Shown in pieces: positions 15,800 to 24,809 of a stretch of 64,000 nucleotides of DNA. The notes under the pieces are model-generated. The model saw only the letters and a list, made by a program, of their open reading frames with translations, made no database searches and was not told where the DNA came from. Numbering within the stretch: position 1 is the stretch's first letter; every line of letters starts with the position of its first letter. The translations under genes and the position numbers were made by a program. Source of the stretch: an uncultured Dehalococcoidales bacterium (GTDB lineage: Bacteria; Chloroflexota; UBA6077; FW602-bin22); the NCBI GenBank assembly GCA_964536925.1, contig CAZHZF010000008.1:7479-71478 (forward strand), in the 5' to 3' direction.

Positions 15800-17017
15800 T
15801 CAGGCGCCGTACTTGGTCAATTTACCGGTTGCCGCCAGGGCGAGTTGCATGGCTGCCTCCGCCGGGAAGGTCCCAAGGCGCCCCTCGGCGCAGGCGCGCT
15901 CGCCGAACGCCTGACACCGATCGGCGATCTCGTGGCGGCCGTGCAGGAGGAACGGCACCGGATGCCACGAATGCTGGCGCAGTATGGCGGGTGTCGAATG
16001 ATCGCCCGTGATCATGAGGCAGTCGGCTCCGAGATCGAGAAGCGCGGGAATGGCGCCGTCGATCCCCTCGAAGAGATGCACGCGCCGTGCGAAGTCCCCG
16101 TCCTCGCCCGCGGCGTCCGGCGCTTTGACGTGGATGTAGAAGTACGTGAACTGGTTCCAGGAGCGGCGCGCCGTCTCGATCTGCTCGGGCAGCGACGGGC
16201 CGGAATCGAGCACGCTCATGCCGACGAGTCGGCTCAGGCCGCGGTACATCGGGTAGATCGCGATGGAGGCGGCTACCAGGCCGTACCGCTCGCGGAAGGT
16301 CGGAAGGGCCGGCCTTCGTGCGAAACCGCGAAGCAGCACGCCATTGGCCGGCCGCTCATCGTGGAGCGCCTCGTGTGCCGCGGCGACCCAGCGATTCAGG
16401 AGACGTGCCGTCGCCTCGGCGCCGGCATCGGTCGCGGTGATGGCGTGGGCCGGGACGCCGGTCTGCTGAGGATCGGTATCGCCGAGATGATCGGAGAGCC
16501 CTTCGGCCCGGAAGACGGCCATCGCGCGGTGCTCGCTCTCTGTCTCCAGGAAGACCTCCAGCCCGGAAACCCGTATCGTGCGCAGCAGATCGACCAGGCG
16601 TCGGTTCTCCGCGGTGGAGATGCGCCCAGCCCGTCGATCGCTCACATTGCCTCGATCGTCGAGCGTCGCGAAGTTGATGCGCGCCGCCACATCGCTTGCC
16701 TCGAGCGGAAAGTCGATGCCCAGTGCGGAGAGGATCCCGCGCCCGACGAGGTGGGCGATCGGGTCGTATCCGAATAGCGCGAGGTGTCCGGGACCGCTCC
16801 CCGGCGTGATCCCGGCACCGACCGGTTCGGAGAGACCGCACGTCGATCGCGCGGCGAGCGCATCCAGATGCGGCGTCCGCGCGGTCTCGAGTTCGGTCAG
16901 GCCCGTTGCGGGGAAGGGCAGTCCGCCCAAGCCGTCGATCACCAGCAAGACGATCTTCTGATCGTTCTCGACGATCAGTTCGGTCAGAAGTTCCGGTGGA
17001 ATCGTGCGCGGACTCAG
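15800..17017 (-). CDS. apgM: Cofactor-independent phosphoglycerate mutase, ApgM type
   Basis: KIVLLVIDGLGGLPFP...TPHLDALA...ITGDHSTP. The 563-aa track ORF is an upstream read-through. Proposed CTG start at 17017 after SD GAGGGGGAG, overlapping the upstream TGA (CTGA). Confidence 0.85.
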   Translation of the reverse strand: MSPRTIPPELLTELIVENDQKIVLLVIDGLGGLPFPATGLTELETARTPHLDALAARSTCGLSEPVGAGITPGSGPGHLALFGYDPIAHLVGRGILSALGIDFPLEASDVAARINFATLDDRGNVSDRRAGRISTAENRRLVDLLRTIRVSGLEVFLETESEHRAMAVFRAEGLSDHLGDTDPQQTGVPAHAITATDAGAEATARLLNRWVAAAHEALHDERPANGVLLRGFARRPALPTFRERYGLVAASIAIYPMYRGLSRLVGMSVLDSGPSLPEQIETARRSWNQFTYFYIHVKAPDAAGEDGDFARRVHLFEGIDGAIPALLDLGADCLMITGDHSTPAILRQHSWHPVPFLLHGRHEIADRCQAFGERACAEGRLGTFPAEAAMQLALAATGKLTKYGA

Positions 17018-17427
17018 CGTTCTCCCCCTCTTTCCGGCCGCGATCCTGGTGGATCGAACGCAAGCACCGGTGGTATGAGCGATAGGCGCATCAGAGGATA
17101 GACAAACCAGACGGTCGCGCCGCCGAACAGGATCCCCGTCAGTGTGCGCAGCAGTGGCGTCGATTCGCGCAGACCGAGAGTCGCCGTGCCTCCGTCCACG
17201 AGGATCGGCAGACTCAGGAGCGCGTAGGTGATCGCGGAGGGTGCGGTGGGCAGACGGCGGCGCCATTGGAGGAACGTCAGGGTCGCGAGCATCGAACCGT
17301 AGATCGCGACATCGCGCTGGCAGATGGCCATCGGATAGCCCAGGACCCACCAGGAGGCGAATGGATCCTGGTGACATACGAACCGGAAGAGATTCCGGAC
17401 GGATATTGCCGCCACGTCGTGCCCCAT
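17014..17427 (-). CDS. DUF2085-like membrane protein (start unresolved, may extend to about 17560)
   Basis: FRFVCHQDPF...MAICQRDVAIYG plus several TM helices. This is the C-terminal part of track ORF 17014..18279, whose N-terminal part is antisense to the SDR gene. Confidence 0.6.
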   Translation of the reverse strand: MGHDVAAISVRNLFRFVCHQDPFASWWVLGYPMAICQRDVAIYGSMLATLTFLQWRRRLPTAPSAITYALLSLPILVDGGTATLGLRESTPLLRTLTGILFGGATVWFVYPLMRLSLIPPVLAFDPPGSRPERGGER

Positions 17428-17607
17428 CCAGGCGAGGATCGGCGCCCCGAACGACAGGCCGAGGGCGAGCGCGAGGAATGCCGTGAAGCATCCGCCCCAG
17501 TATCGGCCGATGAGCAGAAGCAGCCGAGCGGCGATAGCCTGGATACCATACCCGGGCGGCCGGGCGTCGGACCAGAATAGCCCCGCAGCCAGCCAGGAGG
17601 TCGGCAG

Positions 17608-18393
17608 ATGGCGAACGAGTCGGGAGCGCTGGCGGGTCGTGTCGCCGTGATCACGGGGAGCGGAACCGGGATCGGCGCCGGCATCGCGGAGGCGTACGCG
17701 GAGGCGGGCGCAGCGGTGGTCATCAGTTACCACAGCAATAGCACGGGCGCGGAGGCGCTGGCGCGCCGGCTCCAGGCACGGGGAACGCAGGTCCTGGTCC
17801 ATGGCTGCGACGTGCGCTCCTACGGCGCGGTACAGAACCTCTTCGACGCCACCGTAGCCCTGTTCGGCCGCGTCGACATCCTCGTCAACAACTCGGGCAT
17901 CACCGAACCGCACTCGATCCTCGAGATGACGCCCGACGATTGGGACAAGACGCTGAACATCAACCTGCGCGGCATGTTCTTCTGCACGCAGCGCGCTGCC
18001 CGAGAGATGATCCGAGTCGGCCGCGGCGGCAGGATCATCAATCTCAGTTCGGTTCACGGCTTCGCCGCCGTGCCGAACCACAGCCACTATGAGGCGAGCA
18101 AGGGCGGAATCAATCTCTACACCAAGGCCTGCGCGATCGAGCTCGCACCGCACGATATCCAGGTCAATGCCATCGCCCCGGGTGCCATCGAGGTCGATCG
18201 GTACTATGGCTTTCCCGGCGGATACAACCGGGATGAGTGGGGAGCCCGAATCCCAGCCGGCCGAGTGGGACTTCCGCACGATATCGGACCGCTCGCGGTG
18301 TTCCTCGCGAGCCCCGGTGCACAGTACATCACCGGTCAGATCATCTGGGTCGATGGTGGCATGACGAGCCGGCTGCCAGGCCTGAACAACTGA
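17608..18393 (+). CDS. Short-chain dehydrogenase/reductase (SDR)
   Basis: TGSGTGIGAG, NNSG, YEASKGG catalytic motif; SD GGAGG before the ATG. Confidence 0.9.
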   Translation: MANESGALAGRVAVITGSGTGIGAGIAEAYAEAGAAVVISYHSNSTGAEALARRLQARGTQVLVHGCDVRSYGAVQNLFDATVALFGRVDILVNNSGITEPHSILEMTPDDWDKTLNINLRGMFFCTQRAAREMIRVGRGGRIINLSSVHGFAAVPNHSHYEASKGGINLYTKACAIELAPHDIQVNAIAPGAIEVDRYYGFPGGYNRDEWGARIPAGRVGLPHDIGPLAVFLASPGAQYITGQIIWVDGGMTSRLPGLNN

Positions 18394-18498
18394 TGAAGAG
18401 GCTCCGGATGTAACCGGCCGAGCCGTGATCGATTACCGGTCCGGCCGCCTCGGCTGTGCTAGCCTCTTGCCCCAGAGCGCACGTTTTTCGGAGATCCG

Positions 18499-19908
18499 GT
18501 GACCTCAGTTCCGACCAGACAGCGCGGCCGCATCTTCAGTCGTCGGTCCCTCCTGGCGGGCGCCGGAATCGCCATCGCCAGCACTCTGGGGGCCTGCGTG
18601 GCTCAGGGAGTGGTGCCCGCGCCGCGCGTGTCCACGGGTGATTCGCCGGCGCCGGCACGCGTTCCGCCCGAGATCGTGTCGGTCCCGGTGCCGATTGCCA
18701 CTCTGGCACCGCGCGCCGAGATGATGCCCACACCGACGGCGGTCACGCAGCGCGCCATCCCGCAGGCGCTGCTACCCGCGGTCGCCACGCGGGTCCCCAC
18801 CGCCGCGGTGCCGGTCGCGACCGCAACCGTTCCCGCTCCGACACCGACGGTGAACGTGGCGATCTACGACGAACAGCGCCTCAAAGATCGCCTGGGCAGT
18901 GCCCAGACCTCGTACGCCGGCTCCATTCCCGAGCGCGCTCACAACGTCGAACTGGCGGCGAAACGGCTCGATGGCGCCCGGATCGCTCCGGGTGAGGTGT
19001 TCAGTTTCAATAAGGCCGTCGGTCCGACCACGCTCCTGGCGGGGTATAAGAAGGGCTACGGGATCACCATCAAGGACGATCGACCGGAGACGATCCCGTC
19101 GATCGCCGGCGGCATCTGCCAGATCGCTACGACAGTCTTCCAGGCGGCGTTCTGGGCCGGGCTACCGTTTGTCGAACGGCACTACCACATCTACTGGATC
19201 CCTCGCTATGGCGTTCCGCCCTCGGGGCGGCTCGGCTACGACGCCACCGTCGACGATCCAGGTGTCGATCTGAAGTTCAGGAACACCACCGGTGATTGGA
19301 TACGCCTCTCGTCCTGGTTCGATGGCGCGAACGTTGGCTTCGTGCTGCACGGCGTCAATCCCGGGTGGAAGGTAGAGGCCGCACCGTCGACCGTGCGCGA
19401 CATCGTCAGGGCGGACACAAAGATGTTCTTCCAGGATGACCCGACCATGCCCGCTGGCCGCCAGCTGGAGGTCGAGCACGCGGAGGACGGGTTCACGCTC
19501 ACCGGCTATCGAACGGTCAGCAGGGATGGCAAGATCGTGGACGAATATGTGTTTACGAATCGCTATCTACCGGCGCGAAACGTCACCCTCGTCGGCACGC
19601 TGGGTGCGACACCGACGCCATCTCCCGTGCCAACCGCGACGCTGACTCCGCTGCCCGGTCCCGTGGGTCGTACGCAGAACGGACGGGTGATTGTGCCGTC
19701 TCTGGTGGGTATGTCGGAGACACACGCCCGCGCGGTGATCGCCCAGTATGAATTGACCGCCACGTATACGAATTACCAGGGCCCGTCCGAGGTGCCTCCG
19801 CACATCCTGGCGTCGGTGCCACCGGGGCACGTCCTCAGCCATCAGCCGGCGCCCGGCAGCGAAGTCTTCCCCGGAACGCCTGTTCATCTGGCTGTGCGCG
19901 CGCGCTAA
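18499..19908 (+). CDS. VanW-domain protein with C-terminal PASTA domain and Tat-like signal
   Basis: RRSLLAGAGIAIAS signal, GEVFSFNKAVGP...GGICQIATTVFQAAF (VanW), and C-terminal VPSLVGMSETHARAVIAQYELT...GTPVHLAV (PASTA-like). Confidence 0.85.
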   Translation: MTSVPTRQRGRIFSRRSLLAGAGIAIASTLGACVAQGVVPAPRVSTGDSPAPARVPPEIVSVPVPIATLAPRAEMMPTPTAVTQRAIPQALLPAVATRVPTAAVPVATATVPAPTPTVNVAIYDEQRLKDRLGSAQTSYAGSIPERAHNVELAAKRLDGARIAPGEVFSFNKAVGPTTLLAGYKKGYGITIKDDRPETIPSIAGGICQIATTVFQAAFWAGLPFVERHYHIYWIPRYGVPPSGRLGYDATVDDPGVDLKFRNTTGDWIRLSSWFDGANVGFVLHGVNPGWKVEAAPSTVRDIVRADTKMFFQDDPTMPAGRQLEVEHAEDGFTLTGYRTVSRDGKIVDEYVFTNRYLPARNVTLVGTLGATPTPSPVPTATLTPLPGPVGRTQNGRVIVPSLVGMSETHARAVIAQYELTATYTNYQGPSEVPPHILASVPPGHVLSHQPAPGSEVFPGTPVHLAVRAR

Positions 19909-19915
19909 CCGTCCC

Positions 19916-20761
19916 TCAGGGAGGCGCGTCTCCGAGCGCGCAGTTGTCGATCAGCCGCACGCGGTCGACCCGCGCGGCGACAAGGATGCGCGTCTCCGCG
20001 GTCAGCGTCGCAGCCGGGGCAAGGTTCGCCGGATCCACGACCGCGACGTAATCCGCGAGGAGGCCGGATTCGTCGAGTTCGCGCTCCACGGCGGCGCGGA
20101 TCGTCTCCGGATCCCGCTCGCCCTGCCGAAAGAGGGCCGCCGCCCGCCGAAGCCCTCGCGAGATACCGAGCGCCCGCTGTCGGGCCGGCGAGTCCAGATA
20201 GGCGTTGCGCGACGAGAGAGCGAGTCCGTCCGGATCCCTGATCGTCGGACATCCGACGATGTCGGTCGCAAGATCGAGATCGCGCGCCAGCCGGCGCACA
20301 ACCTGCAGTTGCTGGTAATCCTTCTCACCGAAGTACGCGACGTGCGCGGTCGTCGCGATCAGCAGTTTCGCGACGACCGTAGCGACGCCCGTGAAATGCC
20401 CAGGACGATGCTCACCCTCCCACCGCGCGCTCACGTCCCCTACCGAGACAGACGTGTCGAATCCCGGCGGGTAGATCTCCTCGACGGGTGGGTGAAACAT
20501 GAGGTCCACGCCCTCGGCTTCACACAGGCGCAGATCGGCCGCGAAATCGCGCGGGTACCGCGCGAGGTCTTCCGCAGGGCCAAACTGAGCGGGGTTCACG
20601 AAGAGAGTCAGGATCACACTGGCGCTCTCCGACCGAGCCCGGCGCATGAGACTGGCGTGACCGGCGTGAAGGAAGCCCATCGTGGGCACGACGCCGACCG
20701 GACCACGCATGGCGGCGCGGCGATCGCGGAGGGCGGCGAGTGTCGCGACGACTTCGGTCAC
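19916..20761 (-). CDS. panC: Pantoate--beta-alanine ligase
   Basis: GVVPTMGFLHAGHASLM. GTG start at 20761, 7 nt after the panB stop; the track ORF is an upstream extension. Confidence 0.92.
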   Translation of the reverse strand: MTEVVATLAALRDRRAAMRGPVGVVPTMGFLHAGHASLMRRARSESASVILTLFVNPAQFGPAEDLARYPRDFAADLRLCEAEGVDLMFHPPVEEIYPPGFDTSVSVGDVSARWEGEHRPGHFTGVATVVAKLLIATTAHVAYFGEKDYQQLQVVRRLARDLDLATDIVGCPTIRDPDGLALSSRNAYLDSPARQRALGISRGLRRAAALFRQGERDPETIRAAVERELDESGLLADYVAVVDPANLAPAATLTAETRILVAARVDRVRLIDNCALGDAPP

Positions 20762-20768
20762 GTTCGAT

Positions 20769-21635
20769 TCAGGCGGGAACCGCCTCTGGCCGCAACTGTG
20801 AGACGAACTCACGCAATTCCGAGGAGCCGTTGAAGGCGTTCCCGGGCGCGGGAAATGTCCCGGCGCGCACGTCGGACGCGTATCGCTCGATCGCCTGGCG
20901 AATCGTCGTCGAGATGTCGGCGTAACGACCGGCGTGCCGCGGGACGTGGTCCTGACCGGGATGGGCGACGAACCCAAGGAGGTCGTGCAGTACCTGGATC
21001 TGGCCGGAGCAGCCCGCGCCCGCGCCGATGCCGATCGTCGGCACGGTCAGGCGCCCCGTCACCACTTCGGCCAGAGCGGCCGGAACCAGCTCCAGAACGA
21101 CCGCGAACACCCCCGCGTCCTCCAGCGCAGCCACGTCATCGAGCAGGCGTTGCGCCGCCGCGCCCGAGTTCGCCTGGAGCCGATAGCCGCCAAGGGCGTG
21201 GACCGACTGGGGTGTAAGCCCGACGTGACCCATCACCGGGATACCCGCATCCACGATGCGCCGGATCGTTGCGGCCACGGTTCGGCCGCCCTCGAGTTTG
21301 ACCGCGCCCGCGCCACCCTTCTGAATGAGCGTTGCCGCGCCACGTATCGCCTGCTTGGCGCTGACCTGGTAGGTCAGAAACGGCATATCCGCAACTACCA
21401 GGGTGGATCGGACGGCGCGCGTGACCGCTGCCACGTGATGGCGCATCGCCGCGAGGGTGACGGGTACGGTCGATGGATAGCCGAGAACGACCATACCCAG
21501 GGTATCGCCGACCAGGAGGGCGTCGATTCCCGCCGCCTCAGCGAGTGCCGCGGTCGGGTAGTCGTAGGCGGTGACCATCGCGATGCGCGCCCCGGTAGCC
21601 TTGAGGCGGGCGAAGTCCGCCGCGGTATGAGCCAT
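20769..21635 (-). CDS. panB: 3-methyl-2-oxobutanoate hydroxymethyltransferase
   Basis: MVTAYDYPTA...LLVGDTLGMVVLGY...VKLEGG. Confidence 0.95.
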   Translation of the reverse strand: MAHTAADFARLKATGARIAMVTAYDYPTAALAEAAGIDALLVGDTLGMVVLGYPSTVPVTLAAMRHHVAAVTRAVRSTLVVADMPFLTYQVSAKQAIRGAATLIQKGGAGAVKLEGGRTVAATIRRIVDAGIPVMGHVGLTPQSVHALGGYRLQANSGAAAQRLLDDVAALEDAGVFAVVLELVPAALAEVVTGRLTVPTIGIGAGAGCSGQIQVLHDLLGFVAHPGQDHVPRHAGRYADISTTIRQAIERYASDVRAGTFPAPGNAFNGSSELREFVSQLRPEAVPA

Positions 21636-21769
21636 TGTGGCTCCTCACGAAAGGCTCGCGGCCGCCAGGGCGGTCCACGGCAGGCCGATTATATGGCTAC
21701 TATCCGGTCAGCCACGGGTCGCCAACCGAGCGCGGCCGGGTTCCCCCATCCTCTGGCGGAGCACGACAG

Positions 21770-22837
21770 ATGTACCACGCGGTGATCCTGTGCGGTGGCT
21801 CCGGAACGCGCCTCTGGCCGCTGACTCGCGCGGCGCGGCCCAAGCAGTTCCTGCCGCTTCTCATCGATCGGCCGCTCCTGCGCGAGACGATCGATCGCAT
21901 CGCGAGAACGGTGCCGAACGATCGCATCTGGGTCGTGACAGGTCGGGCGCACGCCGACGGCGTGCGCGCGATCGCCACCGACCTCGACGAACGTAACATC
22001 GTCGTGGAGCCCACGCCGCGAGACTCGGCCGGGGCCATCGGCCTGGCGGCCTCCCGGCTCAGCCGAGTAGACCCCGAGGCGACTTTCACCGCGTTCCCCG
22101 CCGACCATCTGATCCGCAACGCGGCCACGTTCGACGCGGCGCTGCGCCTGGCGAGCACGCTCGCTCTCGGCCGCACGATCGTCTGCATCGGCATCACTCC
22201 CACCCATCCTGATCCCGGCCTCGGGTACATCCAGCGCGGAGTGGCCGAGCGAGAGGCAGAAGGACTCGTCGCCTATCGGGTCGATCGCTTCGTCGAGAAG
22301 CCCGATCTCGTCCGCGCTACAGAGTTCGTCCGCAACGGAGGCTACCTCTGGAACGCGGGCGTGTTCACGTGGTCGGCCGCGTATCTGCGCGAGCTTTTCG
22401 CCGAACACGTCCCGGGATCGGTGGAGATCTTCGATCGTACGGAGAGTCTGCTCGGGATCGACGAGGCCGCCGCCGAGAGCGCGTTCGCGTCGCTTCCCAG
22501 AATCTCGGTCGACTATGCGATTCTGGAGAAGGCACCCGATCGCCTGGTCGTCCAGGCCGACCTGGGCTGGCTCGACATCGGCAACTGGGACGCCGTGTAT
22601 GGCGCCTCGCCGCAGGACGGCCAGGCGAACGCGGTGCCGACGAACAGCGTCCTGGTCGACACCCATCGCACGTTCGTCGATTCGCGCACTGGTCGCACGA
22701 TCGCCCTCATCGGGGTGGACGATCTCGTGGTGGTGGATACGGCCGACGCGCTGCTTATCTGCCGTCGCGATCGTCACCAGGACGTGCGGCGCGTCGTAGA
22801 CGAACTACGCGCGCGCGGGTTGGACCACCTCCTTTAG
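21770..22837 (+). CDS. Mannose-1-phosphate guanylyltransferase (no PMI cupin domain)
   Basis: MYHAVILCGGSGTRLWPLTR. Start at ATG 21770. Its 3' end overlaps the convergent coaBC by 33 nt. Confidence 0.85.
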   Translation: MYHAVILCGGSGTRLWPLTRAARPKQFLPLLIDRPLLRETIDRIARTVPNDRIWVVTGRAHADGVRAIATDLDERNIVVEPTPRDSAGAIGLAASRLSRVDPEATFTAFPADHLIRNAATFDAALRLASTLALGRTIVCIGITPTHPDPGLGYIQRGVAEREAEGLVAYRVDRFVEKPDLVRATEFVRNGGYLWNAGVFTWSAAYLRELFAEHVPGSVEIFDRTESLLGIDEAAAESAFASLPRISVDYAILEKAPDRLVVQADLGWLDIGNWDAVYGASPQDGQANAVPTNSVLVDTHRTFVDSRTGRTIALIGVDDLVVVDTADALLICRRDRHQDVRRVVDELRARGLDHLL

Positions 22838-24019
22838 CGCCAGCAATCCGACGACCCTATCGAGGATCTCGTCCGCGACTGCGCTCTTCGCCTGGAGAGG
22901 GCGCACGTCGACGCGCCCATCCGGGAAGACGAACGTGACCCGATTGGTGTCCGTCCCGAAGCCGCTTCCCTCCTCGCTCACGTCGTTGGCGACGATGAGA
23001 TCGACCTTTTTGGCGGTGACCTTGCCGCGGGCGCTCTCGATGAGATTGTCCGTCTCTGCGGCGAAACCGATCTTGATGCCGTGCCAGTCGGCGAGACCGG
23101 CCAGGATGTCCGGATTCGGCACCAGATCCAGGGTGATGGACGTACGACGTTTGATCTTCTGATCGGCGATCGCGGACGGACGGAAGTCTGCCGGCGCCGC
23201 GGCCATCACCAGGGCGCTCGCCGTCTCGATGGCGGCGTGGATCGCCTCCTCCATCTCGCGCGTCGACTCGACCGCCACGGCATCCACGCCCGCTGGCAGG
23301 GCCACCTGGAGCGGGCCGTGGATCAGCGTCACCCGCGCGCCGCGTCGTCGCGCCTGCTCGGCCACGGCCACACCCATCTTGCCGGAGGAACGGTTCCCGA
23401 TGAAACGTACCGGATCGATCGCCTCGCGGGTGCCCCCGGCGGTGACGACGACGTGCCGTCCCGCTAGATCGCTGCCTCGCCCGAACTCGCGTGCGATCGC
23501 ATCCACGATCTCCTCCGGTTCGGGCAGGCGCCCGCGACCGACCTGACCCGATGCGAGGCGGCCCTCGCCCGGTTCCATCACGATCGCGCCCCGGCGGCGC
23601 AGCAACGTCACGTTATCGACTGTGGCGGCGGCGGCCCACATCCTTGGCTCCATCGCTGGCGCGATCAGGAGTGGCGCGGTGGACGCCAAAACGGTGGCCG
23701 CCAGCGCGTCGTCGGCCAGACCGTGGGCGAGTCGGGCGATCGTGGCTGCGGTTGCCGGCGCGATAACGATCAGTTCGGCGGCGCGCCCCAGCGCGACGTG
23801 GCCGATCGCATCCGACGAGTCCTCGTCCCAGAGTTCGGTCAGGATGGGCCGCCCGGTGATAGCGCGGAACGAGAGCGGGGCGATGAAGCGGCGGGCGCTC
23901 GGCGTCATCACCACGTCGACCGACGCCCCGGCCTTCACAAGCTGGCTGGCGAGCGCAACCGCCTTGAACGCGGCGATCGAGCCGGAGACTCCGAGGACGA
24001 TCCGCCTTCCGGAGATCAC
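22805..24019 (-). CDS. coaBC: Bifunctional phosphopantothenoylcysteine decarboxylase / synthetase
   Basis: GVSGSIAAFKAVALASQL flavoprotein N-domain and CoaB C-domain. The GTG start overlaps the coaX stop (GTGA). Confidence 0.95.
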   Translation of the reverse strand: MISGRRIVLGVSGSIAAFKAVALASQLVKAGASVDVVMTPSARRFIAPLSFRAITGRPILTELWDEDSSDAIGHVALGRAAELIVIAPATAATIARLAHGLADDALAATVLASTAPLLIAPAMEPRMWAAAATVDNVTLLRRRGAIVMEPGEGRLASGQVGRGRLPEPEEIVDAIAREFGRGSDLAGRHVVVTAGGTREAIDPVRFIGNRSSGKMGVAVAEQARRRGARVTLIHGPLQVALPAGVDAVAVESTREMEEAIHAAIETASALVMAAAPADFRPSAIADQKIKRRTSITLDLVPNPDILAGLADWHGIKIGFAAETDNLIESARGKVTAKKVDLIVANDVSEEGSGFGTDTNRVTFVFPDGRVDVRPLQAKSAVADEILDRVVGLLALKEVVQPARA

Positions 24020-24795
24020 GCCGCCGCTCCGTCGGGCCGGTTGATCTCCCAGAGCAGTCGCAGCCCCTGCAGCGTCAACTGCCGATCGACCGTATCGATC
24101 GCGGCGGTCTCCCGCGCGATGTAGTCCACCAGACCCCCGGTGCCGATCACTCGCGCCGGCCCGATCTCCTCCTTGATGCGCCGGACGAGTCCCTCCACGA
24201 GTCCACAGTACCCGAAGAGAAGCCCTGACTGAACGTTCGTGGCCGTGTTCTTCCCGATCGCGCTGCGCGGACGGCTGAGATCGACCCGGAAGAGTCTCGC
24301 CGCGCGTGAGAAGAGCGCCTCCATCGAGATCTCGAGGCCCGGCGCGATCGCCCCGCCCAGGAAATCACCACCCTCGGAGATCACATCGAACGTCGTCGCG
24401 GTACCGAAGTCGACCACGATCGCCGGTCCACCGTAGAGGCGGTGGGCCGCGATCGAGTTTGCGATGCGATCGGCGCCGACCTCGCGCGGGTTGTCCACCA
24501 TCAGGCGCACGCCCGAACGAATGCCCGGGCCGACGATCGTCGCCGCGACGTGGAGGTAACGCTCCGCAAAATCGGCCAGCGTGGCGGTCAACGGGGGCAC
24601 GACGCTGCCGATGATCACCGCGTCGAAGCAATCCAGGGCCAGCCCGGCCTGCGCGACGAACGAGTGCACGAGCACGGCGTGCTCATCGGCCGTGCGGTCG
24701 GGATCGGTGCGAATGCGCCAGGTCTGACGGAGATCGGTCCCCGCGAACGCGCCCAGAACCGCCTGCGTGTTGCCGACGTCGATCGCGAGGAGCAG
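24016..24795 (-). CDS. coaX: Type III pantothenate kinase
   Basis: Own translation from CTG 24795: (M)LLAIDVGNTQAVLGAFAG..., then VVDFGTATTFD. SD GGAGGA lies 5 nt upstream. The track ORF (start 24675) lacks the DVGNT phosphate-1 motif. Confidence 0.9.
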   Translation of the reverse strand: MLLAIDVGNTQAVLGAFAGTDLRQTWRIRTDPDRTADEHAVLVHSFVAQAGLALDCFDAVIIGSVVPPLTATLADFAERYLHVAATIVGPGIRSGVRLMVDNPREVGADRIANSIAAHRLYGGPAIVVDFGTATTFDVISEGGDFLGGAIAPGLEISMEALFSRAARLFRVDLSRPRSAIGKNTATNVQSGLLFGYCGLVEGLVRRIKEEIGPARVIGTGGLVDYIARETAAIDTVDRQLTLQGLRLLWEINRPDGAAA

Positions 24796-24809
24796 GGTGG
24801 TCCTCCGCG

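Noticed and set aside
17018-17491. N-terminal 158 codons of the 563-aa track ORF for apgM. Similar upstream extensions occur at 38600-38932 (thiL), 61111-61431 (large protein), 20762-20977 (panC) and 50234-51097 (Excalibur lipoprotein).
   Set aside because: These extensions are Arg/Pro-rich and overlap neighbouring real genes. Homology to the respective families begins only at the downstream starts given in the feature list.
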